From NCBI RefSeq assembly GCF_009914755.1, contig NC_060931.1: a stretch of 64,000 nucleotides of DNA, one strand, 5' to 3'. The stretch is from the human T2T-CHM13v2.0 reference genome, Homo sapiens. Made by a program: the position numbers and the translations under genes. Below the pieces are notes generated by a model that saw only the letters and a list, made by a program, of their open reading frames with translations, made no database searches and was not told the DNA's origin. Within the stretch, counting starts at the first letter, position 1. Every line of letters begins with the position of its first letter. This document shows positions 16,937 to 31,967 of the stretch, one piece after another.

Positions 16937-17399
16937 TGTATTAATTTGTTTTGTGCTGCTGTAACAGAATACCATGGGCTGGGTAATTTATAATGATACC
17001 ACAGACTGGGTAATTTATAATGAACAGAAACTTACTGGCTCACAATTCTGGAGGCTGTGAAGTCCAGTATCAAGGTGCCAGCAGTCGGTGAGGTTCTTCT
17101 TGTAGCATCATCTCATGGCAGAAGGTGTCACATGCTGGAAGAGCAAAAAGAAAGAGAGAGAGAGAGAGAATGAATAAGGGGGGTGAACCCCCACCTGCAA
17201 TAGTGAACCCACTCCCATGATAATGCCAATAATCCATTCATAAGGGCAGAGTCCTCATTACCTAATCACCACTTAAAGGTGCCACCTCTTAATACTATTA
17301 CAATGACAATTAAATTTCAACATGAGGGGGTGGGGGCAGAAAGAAAGAAAAAAAAGTTCAACGTGAGTTTTGGAAAGGACAAACATTCAAACCATAGCG
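16937..17399. mobile_element. MST (MaLR) solo LTR
   Basis: tgtattaatttg...ctgggtaatttataa (tandemly duplicated)...caaaccatagc. Confidence 0.85.
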
Positions 17400-17839
17400 C
17401 CATCTAAGAAGTAAGGCACACTTCATCAGCCACTGTGGCCTTTTGTAGCAGTGAGTGTCTGCTATGGTGGTAGTGGAAAACAAGTCTTGGGCAGGGAGGT
17501 AAGGGATGGAATGAAGGGTTGGAAGTATGGTTCAGAAAAGTCTTTCAAGAGATTCTGATCTTCTCCTTGACAATTGGTTTGTAGATGACTTTGCTACCTT
17601 CTGAAGTGGCCACACTCAACCTCCCTTTGCTCGATCCAAAACTCTGTCTTACTTTTGACCTCTTATCCTCCTTCCTTCCTGTAGTAGAAGGGGAAACATT
17701 GTGCCTTTTTGTCAATGTTGTGCTCTTGATCAAATCCTTTAATGCTAATGGAAACTAAATCTATTAATCTTCCTCCCCATTCAAACGCTTCTTGATGTTT
17801 TTCTCCTTCGGCTTCTTTGGCTTATGGGTATATCGATAG

Positions 17840-18127
<288 letters not shown>

Positions 18128-18599
18128 TGTCTTTTCTTTTAAACTAGACTAACATGTACTTTCTTTGGCTCTGCTCAACCCCAAGATCCCATTTTATATC
18201 ATGCCTTATTTTAATTGTTACACTCTTAAAAGGAATATTCTGCATTGATGCATCTACCTTCGTACCCATCTTGCTAACTTAGTTGTAATCTGGCTTCGAT
18301 CGGGCCATATTTTATGGACACTATTGGCTTGAAGATGATCAGTGATGAGATCCAGTGCTTTTTGCTTAGCTCTTAACCTGCTTTCCCATTCAGCAGCATG
18401 TGACATTGCTGATCACCTTGTCCTTTTAAAAGCTGCATCAATTAGTGGTCATTTGATATAACAGCAGAAACCTACTCAAATTATTGACATGACAAAAGGG
18501 ATCTGAGTACAAGACTATAGGAAACTCTCCCACAGAAAGTATAGTAGGACTGTACAAGGACTGGAATAATGAATGATGAAGCCATCAGCAACAAGTAAA

Positions 18600-20600
<2,001 letters not shown>

Positions 20601-21299
20601 ACAGAAAGGAAAAAGAAATTGATCCAAATGTTGAAAAAATCATAGATTTGATGGTGGGACTGTAGTGGAGATGTATCAGCAGGAATGGGTCTGGAGTTGG
20701 GGTGGTTTTGGAGGATTGAATAAAATGCATAAGAAACAAAATAATCATCATGGGAAAGTGAACTTCCTCTCAGACTCTCTCCCTCTTTCTGGTCACCTGG
20801 TGTGATTTCTCCTTCTTTCTGTAAGTCACTTCATTCTTTTCTCTCAGAAGGCAGGTTTCCTCTGCTTCTCTGTGCCCATGACAGAAAATGGCCACTCTAT
20901 GCACAATTCTTTATAGAAAAATATTTTATTTCTTAATTTCAGATTCCCAAAGGAGAAAATTTAATTGGCCCAGCTTTAGTCAGTTGTTGAACTCGGGTGA
21001 AATCAACCATGGCCAGAGGGGCAAGGTTATTTGGGACATACATAGCTGTCAGGCCCAAACCCTCTATGTGTTGGGGGAGGATTGGTTCTCAGAGAAGAGG
21101 GATATTAGTTTGTCAGATGACCCACGAAGCAGCTACCAAACTTATTTTCTGAGACCCTGAACTCTATTTTAAGGAGTACTTCTGCCCTGCCTTCTTTTCT
21201 AGTATTGTTTTCTTTCATTTTTTTTTTGTTGTTGTTGTTTTGTTTTGTTTTTTACTTATCCCTCCATGACTCACGTATAAATTTTCACAATTTTGTTTT

Positions 21300-21990
21300 T
21301 CACCTTCTTTTCATTTCTATGCTTTTCTCCTTTGTGACCATGGCTTCAGCTACCATATGGACATGGATAGCCCCCAAATCTATATCTCTTGTCTTCTCAA
21401 CTTCACTGTCGTTTAAAAGCTGTCTCTATTTGGATATTCTCTGGTTATTTTATTTATAGCTGAACTCATTATCTTTTCACCAAACCTCCTCCTTCCCTTA
21501 GCTGCCTTGTTTGTGTTAAAGCCATGACTATCTTCTCAGGCATCCAAGCTTGAATCTTCAGAACTGTCTGGCGTTCTCTTTTCAAAGTCCACATGATCAT
21601 CAGCTGAGAAGGAGCATGACTTTCACCTTATTTCACTCTCCATGTCCTTTGTCATTCCCCTGACTCATGCCACCTAAACTAATGTGGAGTATCCTCTAAA
21701 CCTTCTACATCGTCTTCCAACCATCAATCTCTAATTCAATGCTTTAAGCTATTCTTGCATTAATCTTCATAAAGCACAGCTCCACTCATGTTCTCTCCAC
21801 CCATTCAAGAATCTTCAACAGCTCCTCACTGCATATCCAATAAAGTGCAAACCTTACCTGGCAACCAAGGGCCGTCATGACCCGTCATCAACAGGCTAAG
21901 ACTTATCTTCCATTAACCATCAGCCAAAGGCAAACTGTTCAATCATCTTCTGCCTGGTTTTGTGCATTCCTACCTACATGACTTCTTCAT
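21300..21990 (+). mobile_element. L2 fragment
   Basis: ccatggcttcagctaccat...cccaaatctatatctct, tgaactcattatctt. Confidence 0.65.
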
Positions 21991-23136
21991 ACTCTTCTTC
22001 CTGAAGCCTTTTCTCAAGTGAGCTTTCCTTTCCCTCACTTCAATAATACTCTATTTACATCCTTTTTATATAAGGCAAATCTGTAGATATGGCTTTAGCT
22101 TTGTCGGCATATCTTTTTACTCCTCTTTACCAAAGTGTGAGAACAGGTAAACCCTACTGAGTGTAAAACAGTGTCTGACACTTCAAAAACATTCAATAAG
22201 TAACCTGACAAGGAGTTGCTATGGCTTGATGCTAGTATTGTTGCTACTAAGCCCGCATTTAGCCTTATTAGGGGCATTAATATGGACCTTTTCAATAAGA
22301 TGCTGAGTAGGGCACTCTGAAAATTGTGTTTCAAAAAGTTTAAAATAATAAAAAGAAACTTCTCTAGTCCAGCACTGCTGATGAATTGACGGCACCCTAA
22401 CAACAGTCCCTCAACACACTTACTCGTGTGGCAAAAAATAAGATTTGGCCACATAGGAAGAAACCTATGACATACTTTAATGACTTTCAACTCTCAATAA
22501 AAAAAAATAACATTATGATAATCAAACATATTCCCTTCATAGGACTACTATTGCTTTCAGGTATTATGAACACTCTATTTGGGACTAAAACAAATAGAAT
22601 GTCACACCATAGAAAGAGAATATTTATAGTCCTTTGGCCCCCAAGTTTTACCTGTGAATGTGCTGACTTTATACAATATAGTCTTTTAGTTACATGGTGA
22701 GAGTATTATGCATCAGCTTAAGATGCATTGGAGGTGCCACTGGCATCATAGTTGGCAATTGGAGCTGCTATGGCGATGAAAATCTGAAAAACCAGTGGTT
22801 TTCATTACTGTTTTCTATTTTTGAGAAATAACTGTACACTTATTCTGGATGACCTTACCAGTTAAAAATAAAATATCTATTACTATTGCTTCTTCTGAAC
22901 TTCTTTTAGAAACAAAGTTTTCATTATTTACATATAATAGTCTCGTCTACTTAATTATCATTTATTTTCAGTTCCTTTACACAGGTCTCTTGAGAATAGC
23001 TCTTCTTAATAGTGAGATAGAACTAAATACCAATCAGCAGATGTCACTCCTTAAGTGATCCTCTTCAGTTTTCTCTGTTTATTTCAGTTGTCCTTTTTTT
23101 TTCAATGCCTTTTCTCCATTGCCAATTCTATTTTCC

Positions 23137-23274
23137 TTCTTTTGGAGATAGGTTCCCACTCTGTCACCCAGGCTGTAGTGCAGTGGCACAATCATAGCTC
23201 ACTGTAACCTCAAACTACTGGGCTCAAGCGGTCCTCTGCCTCAGCCTTGCCAGTAGTTGGGAATATGCCTGGCC
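23137..23274 (-). mobile_element. FLAM / Alu monomer
   Basis: Single-arm antisense Alu-like sequence. Confidence 0.8.
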
Positions 23275-23539
23275 CCCATTTTCCATTTTCATCCTCTGAT
23301 GAGCCTCCAGGAGCCAGTAGGTCTAACAACCATAATGCAAGGTATTCTATCTTTTTGAATGGCAGCTTCAATACAAATATCTGTGTGGTTTACAGTAGCC
23401 ACATCAGATATTTTTCTACTCTGCGACTAGGCTTTTGTAGCAGAGATACACCTGTTAGATTTTTTTTCCTGAGGAAAAGCACAAGTTTTAGTTCATAAGA
23501 TAAACACTGGCTAAAATTTGCCACTCTTAACAACATTAA

Positions 23540-23920
23540 ACAAATATTTATTGATCATCTACCATATACTAAGCACTGTTGTAGAGATTCAGCAGTTATA
23601 AAACTGATAAAAAGTCTTCACTTCATGGCTGTTCTATTCTAGACAGACAAAACAAAAAATAATTATAATATATTATGGTTTGGTTGCTGATAAGTACTCT
23701 GCAAAAAGAGTAGGATAAAGAGCAGGAAAAGCCGAGGGGTGCTTACAATTTTTAAAAAAGTGTTCAGGAAAGCTCTCATCATAAAGGTGGTGACATTTGA
23801 GTAAAGACCTGATGGAAATGAGTGAGCAAGCCATGTGGATATCTGGGCAAGAACCTTTCAGGCAGAGGGAACACCTAGTGCAAAGGTGCACGTAGGCTGT
23901 CACAAGCAGTAAGGAGTTTA
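23540..23920 (-). mobile_element. L2 3' fragment
   Basis: aacaaatatttattga...ggtgacatttgag...ccatgtggatatctggg...aggcagagggaac. Confidence 0.75.
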
Positions 23921-25229
23921 ATTTAAGCATCTGCCAGGGACAAAAATTCAGTCAAGGCTTTTTTGTTGTTGTTGCTATTAGGAATCAATCTACAAGAGAG
24001 TTTAATCAGCTTAAGATGAACATCAGTGCAGATCTGTTTAGTGTTCTCTCCCAGCCATGACCTCATTGCAAATACTGACAGCCTGGACTGCCTCTCAGAT
24101 TTGGATGGGCCTTGGATGCTCAGCCAGGCAAACCCAGATGGAGCTAGAAGAGGAAGGTTTTGGTAGCTCTGTGGGCTCTGTGGCTTCTTCATCTTATGAT
24201 CTCTCCACATAGGGCTGCATATAAATCGCATGTAACCAATGATTCCAAGTTTTAATTTAACCTAAAATGTAGTCTATTACCATATTTGCACTAAGAAGAA
24301 AGTAGAACAGAATTCTACCTCAGATTAGCTAATGGCAGATCCTCGTCCCACAGATAGCCATGGCATGGGGCTACTGATACAGAAGTATTTCTCATGCCAC
24401 CAAATTGTGCCTTCAATTTTGTCTTCTTTACACAGGACAACATAGTAAGAGGTCATTGTTAACATTAAGTCTTATATAAGATTTTCAGAGATTGTTACAC
24501 TTACATTCAACCAGTATGGAAAATCGGCACTAGGCCTAACTACCCCATAGCTAGCATAGTAGCATAACAACGCTCTTCTAGCCTAGCAATCCACATCTCA
24601 TTCTAGGGGGTTTCCAATTTACTAAGAACATTTTCTTAAAGCTTCTATATATCCTTGGAGCTTACTTTGTCCTCAATAAGAATAAAATATTATCAAGAAC
24701 TCAACAAATGGACATTTGAAAGCAGGCACTGAGTTTAATTTATTTTAGGCCACCTTTGATTTGTTTGAAGCCTGTATTCCTTAAATATGAAGATCAGTAC
24801 TTACGTCGTGAGAATAAAGGTTTAAGAGACAACCAAGGTTTCTATAGCAAAGAGAAACGACTGAGCTTCTAGATTGGTCATAATGACTTACTAGTAACTG
24901 AAAATAGTATTTTAAGATCATACTAATTCTCTGTTTCTCTGTGTGAGTTATTTAGATTTGCTTTAGATGTCTAAGTCAGCTGTGGTAGATTTGAACAAAC
25001 ACAGAAAGTCCTTAAAATATGACTAGGTATGTTGCTTTAGATCCAAATTAGGTATTGATCATTGTGATTGTGACCTAGAATAAATTTAGAATTATTGTAA
25101 CCTAATGTGTTGAAGTTGTTCCATAAATATATTTAGGAGTAGCTAGAGATGACATTTCTATAATGCAACTATGCTGTAATCAAAGCAACAACTCAGAAAT
25201 TTACCAGCATGTAAAAGAAAAATCTTAAC

Positions 25230-25542
25230 TTTTTTTCTTCTTCTTCTTCTTTTTTTTTTTTTTTTTTTTTTTTTTGAGACAGGGTGTCATTCTGTCACCC
25301 AAGCTGGAGTGCAGTGGTGTGATCAAGGCTCACTGCAGGCTTGATCTCCCGGCCTTTTGGGCTCAGGTGATCCTCCCACCTCAGCCTCCCTAACCGCGTC
25401 CAGCTAGTATTTTTACATTTTTAGTAGAGATGGGGTTTTGCCATGTTGCCCAGACTGGTTTCAAAATCCTGAGCTCAAGTGATCCGTCTGCCTTGGCCTC
25501 CCAAGGAGCTGGGATTACAGGCGTGAGCCACCGCACCTAGCC
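25230..25542 (-). mobile_element. AluJ
   Basis: Poly-T plus antisense Alu. Confidence 0.9.
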
Positions 25543-25869
25543 AGCTTTACATATTTTTAATCTGTCAGATTTTTTGTTCTTGCTATTCTGAGAAAAGTCA
25601 CTGAAAAGAAATCATTTATCATTCTTTTTACACACAAAATAATGCAGTTTTTAAATTAATGAGATAGGCCATTTATATAAAATTTGAAAGAGTAAAGTTT
25701 TTATTCATAATTAAAATATATGTTATTCTGGAAAACAAAAAAAAAGTAGTGGTCTGTCTTCATTTGTAAAATTTCCTTTGAACTGATGGGAACTTATCTC
25801 ACAGATGAGATTTGTGGGCCATTGTGAATACTCTACAGATTATGTACCCCACAGCTTTGAGCTGCCAGG

Positions 25870-26105
25870 TACTATAGCAGAGTGCTTCCTCAGACTCTTG
25901 AGCCAGTCTGTCTGGGTGAAATTTTTAGCTCCCCATATACTAACTATGTGATCTCAGGCAAGACAGCTTATTTATGCCACAACTGAGACCACAGTAAGGA
26001 TAATAATAGTATCTACCTTGTGGATTATATGAGGACTGAATGAATTAACACACATAATGTTCTTAGAATAGCGGCTGGCACATGGTGAATAAATGTTAGC
26101 TCTTA
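25870..26105 (+). mobile_element. MIR
   Basis: cagactcttgagccagtctg...gataataatagtatctacct...tggcacatggtg...aaatgttagc. Confidence 0.75.
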
Positions 26106-27159
26106 TTATAATATGTGGTAAACTGAGGAACTATCACTAGTTTTACTTGGATGAAGTACTGCATGAAATTTTTGTATTTTTATTGAGTTTCATCAATTTT
26201 TTTACTGAACCTAGTATGCTTTCTCGTCTGAACACACAAGGAAGAAAAGAAGGATGGCTCCTGTACGTGAAAGTGACCCCTGCATATAGTGCCTGAAATC
26301 AGAGGAAGCTTGTCAGTGTGGGCAGACACCACGAGCAGACCAATTTGACATTGTGCTTCTCTTTTAACCTCTTGAAAATTAATGAAAGTTATCTGATGAA
26401 GATCCTTACATTAATTGCTCCCGATTAAGGTTTAAAACCTTGGTTTACTGTGGGGTAAATTTATGTTTTTGATAGTCATCCAAAATCTTTGTACGCTTTC
26501 AGTTTCATTACAGAATAAAAAACAAATTTACCACAATGGATTATTACATTACATCTGGTATTTATTCCTCCCAAGAAGCTATCTGCTTCGGAAAAGCCAG
26601 GGGCGCCCTTCATTAATATATCTAACTGATGGTGTAATGACATAAAATTCCTTGTTGACCCCTGCTATTCAGTGTTATTGTCTTGGAACATAGAACTTGA
26701 TAATCTCTTTTCACTGCATAACTACAAATGTTAGGCTGTAAGAGTATTTTACTTTGTTCAGTGCAGGTTCCAGACATTTCTCCTGATCACCAGAAGTTCT
26801 TTTGATTAATAAGGCTACTGGTCACGAAAACTCAGCTTACTAAAAGAGATCCAGTCTTCTGGTTCTAACTAAAACATCCCACCGGATGCAGGTGTACTTG
26901 CAAATTAAAGTTTGCCTCATGTGTCCTGTGTCTCAAGTCATACAGACGGCCCAGGAGGGTGGAGCCCCTGCAACCTGCCTAGCGGGGCGTTTGCGTGTCT
27001 GGGGGTGTCGGGACACGCGCAGGACACACACAGTCCCACTTTCCTAGTCTCGCACTTACCTCAAGGCTGTCAACTTTTACGCTCCTCCCTGCGCGCACAG
27101 CCCCCACCTCACGCTGCCACCCCTCACGCCCCGCCTTCAAAGTAGGAGGCACCATTGTC

Positions 27160-27294
27160 ATTGGACACTGCTTCTCTCACTCCTATTCCAGAACCAATCA
27201 CTCGAGTTCTAGTGGGGAGCGCCTAAGCCAATGGAAATGCTCGCTGCGGCAGCTGCCGGGTCCTGGGCGCTGGGAGGCGGTGCCGGGGGCGGGG
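27160..27294. promoter_or_regulatory. Three CCAAT (NF-Y) boxes plus Sp/KLF GC box
   Basis: ATTGG 27160-27164, CCAAT 27194-27198, CCAAT 27228-27232; GGGGCGGGG 27286-27294. Confidence 0.7.
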
Positions 27295-27342
27295 TGCGGC
27301 TGGGGCGAATTAGTTGCCATTCGGAGTGAGGAGTGGGTAGAA

Positions 27343-27363
27343 GCGGCGGCGGCGGCGGCGGCG
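27343..27363 (+). repeat. (GCG)7 trinucleotide repeat in 5' UTR
   Basis: Directly visible in sequence. Confidence 0.9.
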
Positions 27364-27533
27364 TTTGCGGTGGCGCGGACTCCGAGGAGCGCCAGCACCT
27401 CGAGGCCCTTTCTCTCTACCCTGGTCCCCAGAAGCAGGGGTCCCGGCCCTCCTTGCAGCTGCCGGGTTCTCCCGTGCGTGCAGCCCTGCGAGGGCTGAGG
27501 AGAAGGCTGCGAGCGGCCCTCGGGGCTGCGTGA

Positions 27534-28619
<1,086 letters not shown>

Positions 28620-31600
28620 TAGCCGGGGAAGGAGAAGCTGGGCGAAACACTTAACACGCACACAAACTCTTCAGCAGCGGATAAGGTGGCGGTTGTAATC
28701 TCTACCGTCTCTTTGTGCTTTTCTGCAAAGTTCCTAACGTGCCTGTAACTACCGGGATAGTATTTTATTTTTTAGAGGGTTGGTGGCATTAGTTTCGATG
28801 TAAGGATATCGGCTGGATGTAATGATATCTGCTAGAGGGGACAGTTTTGAATGTACAATTGAAGTGTATACGGTTTTTTCCCTCAGTCCTCCCTCTCTCC
28901 CTCTCCCCCAGCCCCCCGCCACCCCGCCTCTCTCTCTCCCTCTCTTTCTCCCCCTCCCCTTTATATATTCATGCATCAGAGCACTCCTGCACTGGAAACA
29001 GTTTGTGCTCTACCGGAGATTTTCATGGTAAATTTCTGAAAACTTATTTGTGGAACGTGTTCGTTTTTTTCCTTCCATTTTTAAGTACACTTAACAGTTC
29101 AGTTGAGCTGTTCAAGGATCTCAAGTTTCTTTTTTTGTTAGGTGTCAAAGGTAATGGTGAGCTGGTGGATGCTGTGGGTTTCCCTTAGTGTTTTCTGTTT
29201 TGCTTTGGTTTTGTTTATGTCTAGGGACACAGTGCATGATTTAGTTGAGCCCTGGGGGAGAAAAGGAAGATTAGCCAAAACAGGGACTTAAAGCTCATAA
29301 GGGAGAGTGGAATAGCTAATATTGTTAGATACCGAACTAGAGCTACAGATGCTGCTGCTGCATTGTGGAGGGAACAGATCATACTGGGTGGAAAAATCTC
29401 TGCTTGGAAGGGAAACACTGTCAAAGTCTGTACATTGTTTATGTGGTATGTGGAATTTTTTTTTTTTAATGGAGCTTTCTTGATGAAGGTGTTAGAGTTG
29501 GAGAAAGTGGTTGTCTGCATTATGATACATTGCAGTCTTGGTGTTTTTGTTTTAATATTTCAGACCCGTAATTAGCATGTTGCTAACGCACTTGTTTTCT
29601 GACCACTTGATGGTGAACCAGTGTAGGATGTAGTGCAGTGGGATGAGTACATGAGCAGCAAGAAATACATCCTGTAATCTGTATGCATTGGGAGGAATAT
29701 GCTCCTGCACTCCTCCCCCAGGTCAAGCCAGCTGCTGCAGAAACTGACATCCTCCAGCAAATCCTGAATGAATGAATGAAAACAACGTGATCGCCCTAAT
29801 AATGACCACAACTGAACACACATCTTTGGCTGTATTTTATAGAAAAGGCCACCATTTTCTAACAGATTAATGCCATATGCAACTCCTTTGCACATTTTCT
29901 AGAACTGTATGAAATGAGAAGTAACAGAACGAACAGAAAACAGTTACATAAATTTTTTAGTGATTTCGCTTCAACAGTGCACAAATTGAGTTTTGGGATT
30001 TTCTTGTAGGGACTAAGAGGCATAAAATAAGCATTGCAGATTGTGTACAGAGGGTCTGGTGGGTGTGAGTAAGAGAAGTTTCGGCAATTGCTGCAACAAC
30101 ATAATGGCCATCTAGTACCTCCTCCCCTTTTGTATATAAACACTAACATCTTACAACGGATAATAGTACAACTTGTTTTTCTGCATCCTTCAAAAGGCTT
30201 AATGGCCTAGGAATTACATGCTCCATCATCAAGCAGTTTTAATAAAATTTGTGATCTGGCTTAAACTATTCTCTTTGTTGTAGTGTGGCACATACGAGTT
30301 TAATGCGATTTTAATGCAATCATGATGAAAACACTTTTCTGAGTCTGGTTGTGCAGCAGACAGATTTGCAGTGTCAGAGAGCTTGTGTTGGGAATGCAAG
30401 GGCTTTCTTTGCTAAAGATGTTTTTCTGCTGTTTTAAACACCAGGTGGTTTTGTCAGTTTCTTACATTGCAGTGATTTTTGAATGCGGGCTTCTGTGCCC
30501 CCAGTTCCGTGATTATATTACTCCTATGTTACTTCTCCATGTCCCGCCTTTTACCCCCACTACCCAAATTAAAACTGTCCTACTAAACTGTTCTGTTTCC
30601 TTAGCCATTTAAAATCCATGATCTGAACAGTTGATTTAATTTTTCGAATGATTATCTTCTCAATTTCTTTTGAATGCTGTAAGGTTCTGACTTGAGTGGA
30701 TTTTAGCCTCCACTGGTCAAGGTTCCTGCCGCTGCCACTGCTGCTGCAGACACTGACATCACTATACTGCATGAATGAAAAACAACAACGTGCTCCATTT
30801 CTTCCTCTGCTCTCCACCTCCTCCTTTTTCTGCACACTTCAGTGTATGTGTGTGTGTGTGTGTGTGCGCGCAAGAGGGTGTTAAAACTGCGTTTGAAACT
30901 ACACTTGAAAGCATTAAGTAGTTGATGGCTCAAGGGGTAGGTATATAGTATAAAGGCATATTGTTTATGAAAAGCTGCAAGGGCTATGGGCATTTCGACT
31001 AAAGGTGACATAACTGAGCATTCAGTGTTTCATGCATTTCATCTGGAGTGATGATTATAGGAGAAAATATGGAAGCTTAAAAATGTTTTTATGATTCTTT
31101 TACCAAAAAATTATGAAACCACTCAATTTCTAAATAAATTATATCATTATCTGCGTCTTAAGCATTCTTAATGTGAATATTTGTAGGGCTAAGGCTAGAG
31201 TAATAGAGAATTGATATTCAGATTGTTTCACAAGGCTGAGGAAAAGCTGAATTCTATAAATAGGAATAGTCAATTTTAATATTATTATAATATTAATTTA
31301 TACAACCCAGGAAAAAATGATAATTTCCTTTATTTTTGTAGTATAGTTTTAAATAATTTAAATGGTTACCATAATAGAAATACGTAAATTGCCAAATACC
31401 TTGCTGTATATATAGCAGACATGGAGTTTTACAAATTGAAACTGTTTTGTTTGTGCTCATGCATCATCCTCTTTTTGCTTGTTTTTTTTCTTTTGTATTT
31501 TTAAAACTTCAAGGTTTGTTATTTACATTCATTCCTGTACTTCTGCCATTAGTAAAATGTCATCCTCCCTCTTGTTTGGTTCTGAAGGGTATTGCAGTGG

Positions 31601-31929
31601 TGAATGACAGGCTGCTGAATGAATCCTCAGGCTCCCTGTGATGTGTTTGTAATAGACGTAAAATCATAAAGTATTATGCAAATAGTTATTTTTTTGTAAT
31701 GGTAATACATAAAGTCTACCTTTGAGATAAATAGAGCAACTCAAATGAGAAAAAGCAGGATGTTAGTGTTAAAATTAATGATCTTTAAGCTAAAATCATT
31801 AGTAACAACCAAAAGAAAATATAGTAAAGTTGCTTCTTTTTGAAACCTCACAGACCAGAACCCATGGATTTAAACATAGAACAAATACAGTTTTACTGTC
31901 CAAGATAGTAAGTAGGAAATGCAAATCTT

Positions 31930-31963
<34 letters not shown>
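31930..31963. repeat. (TG)n microsatellite
   Basis: Directly visible. Confidence 0.9.
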
Positions 31964-31967
<4 letters not shown>

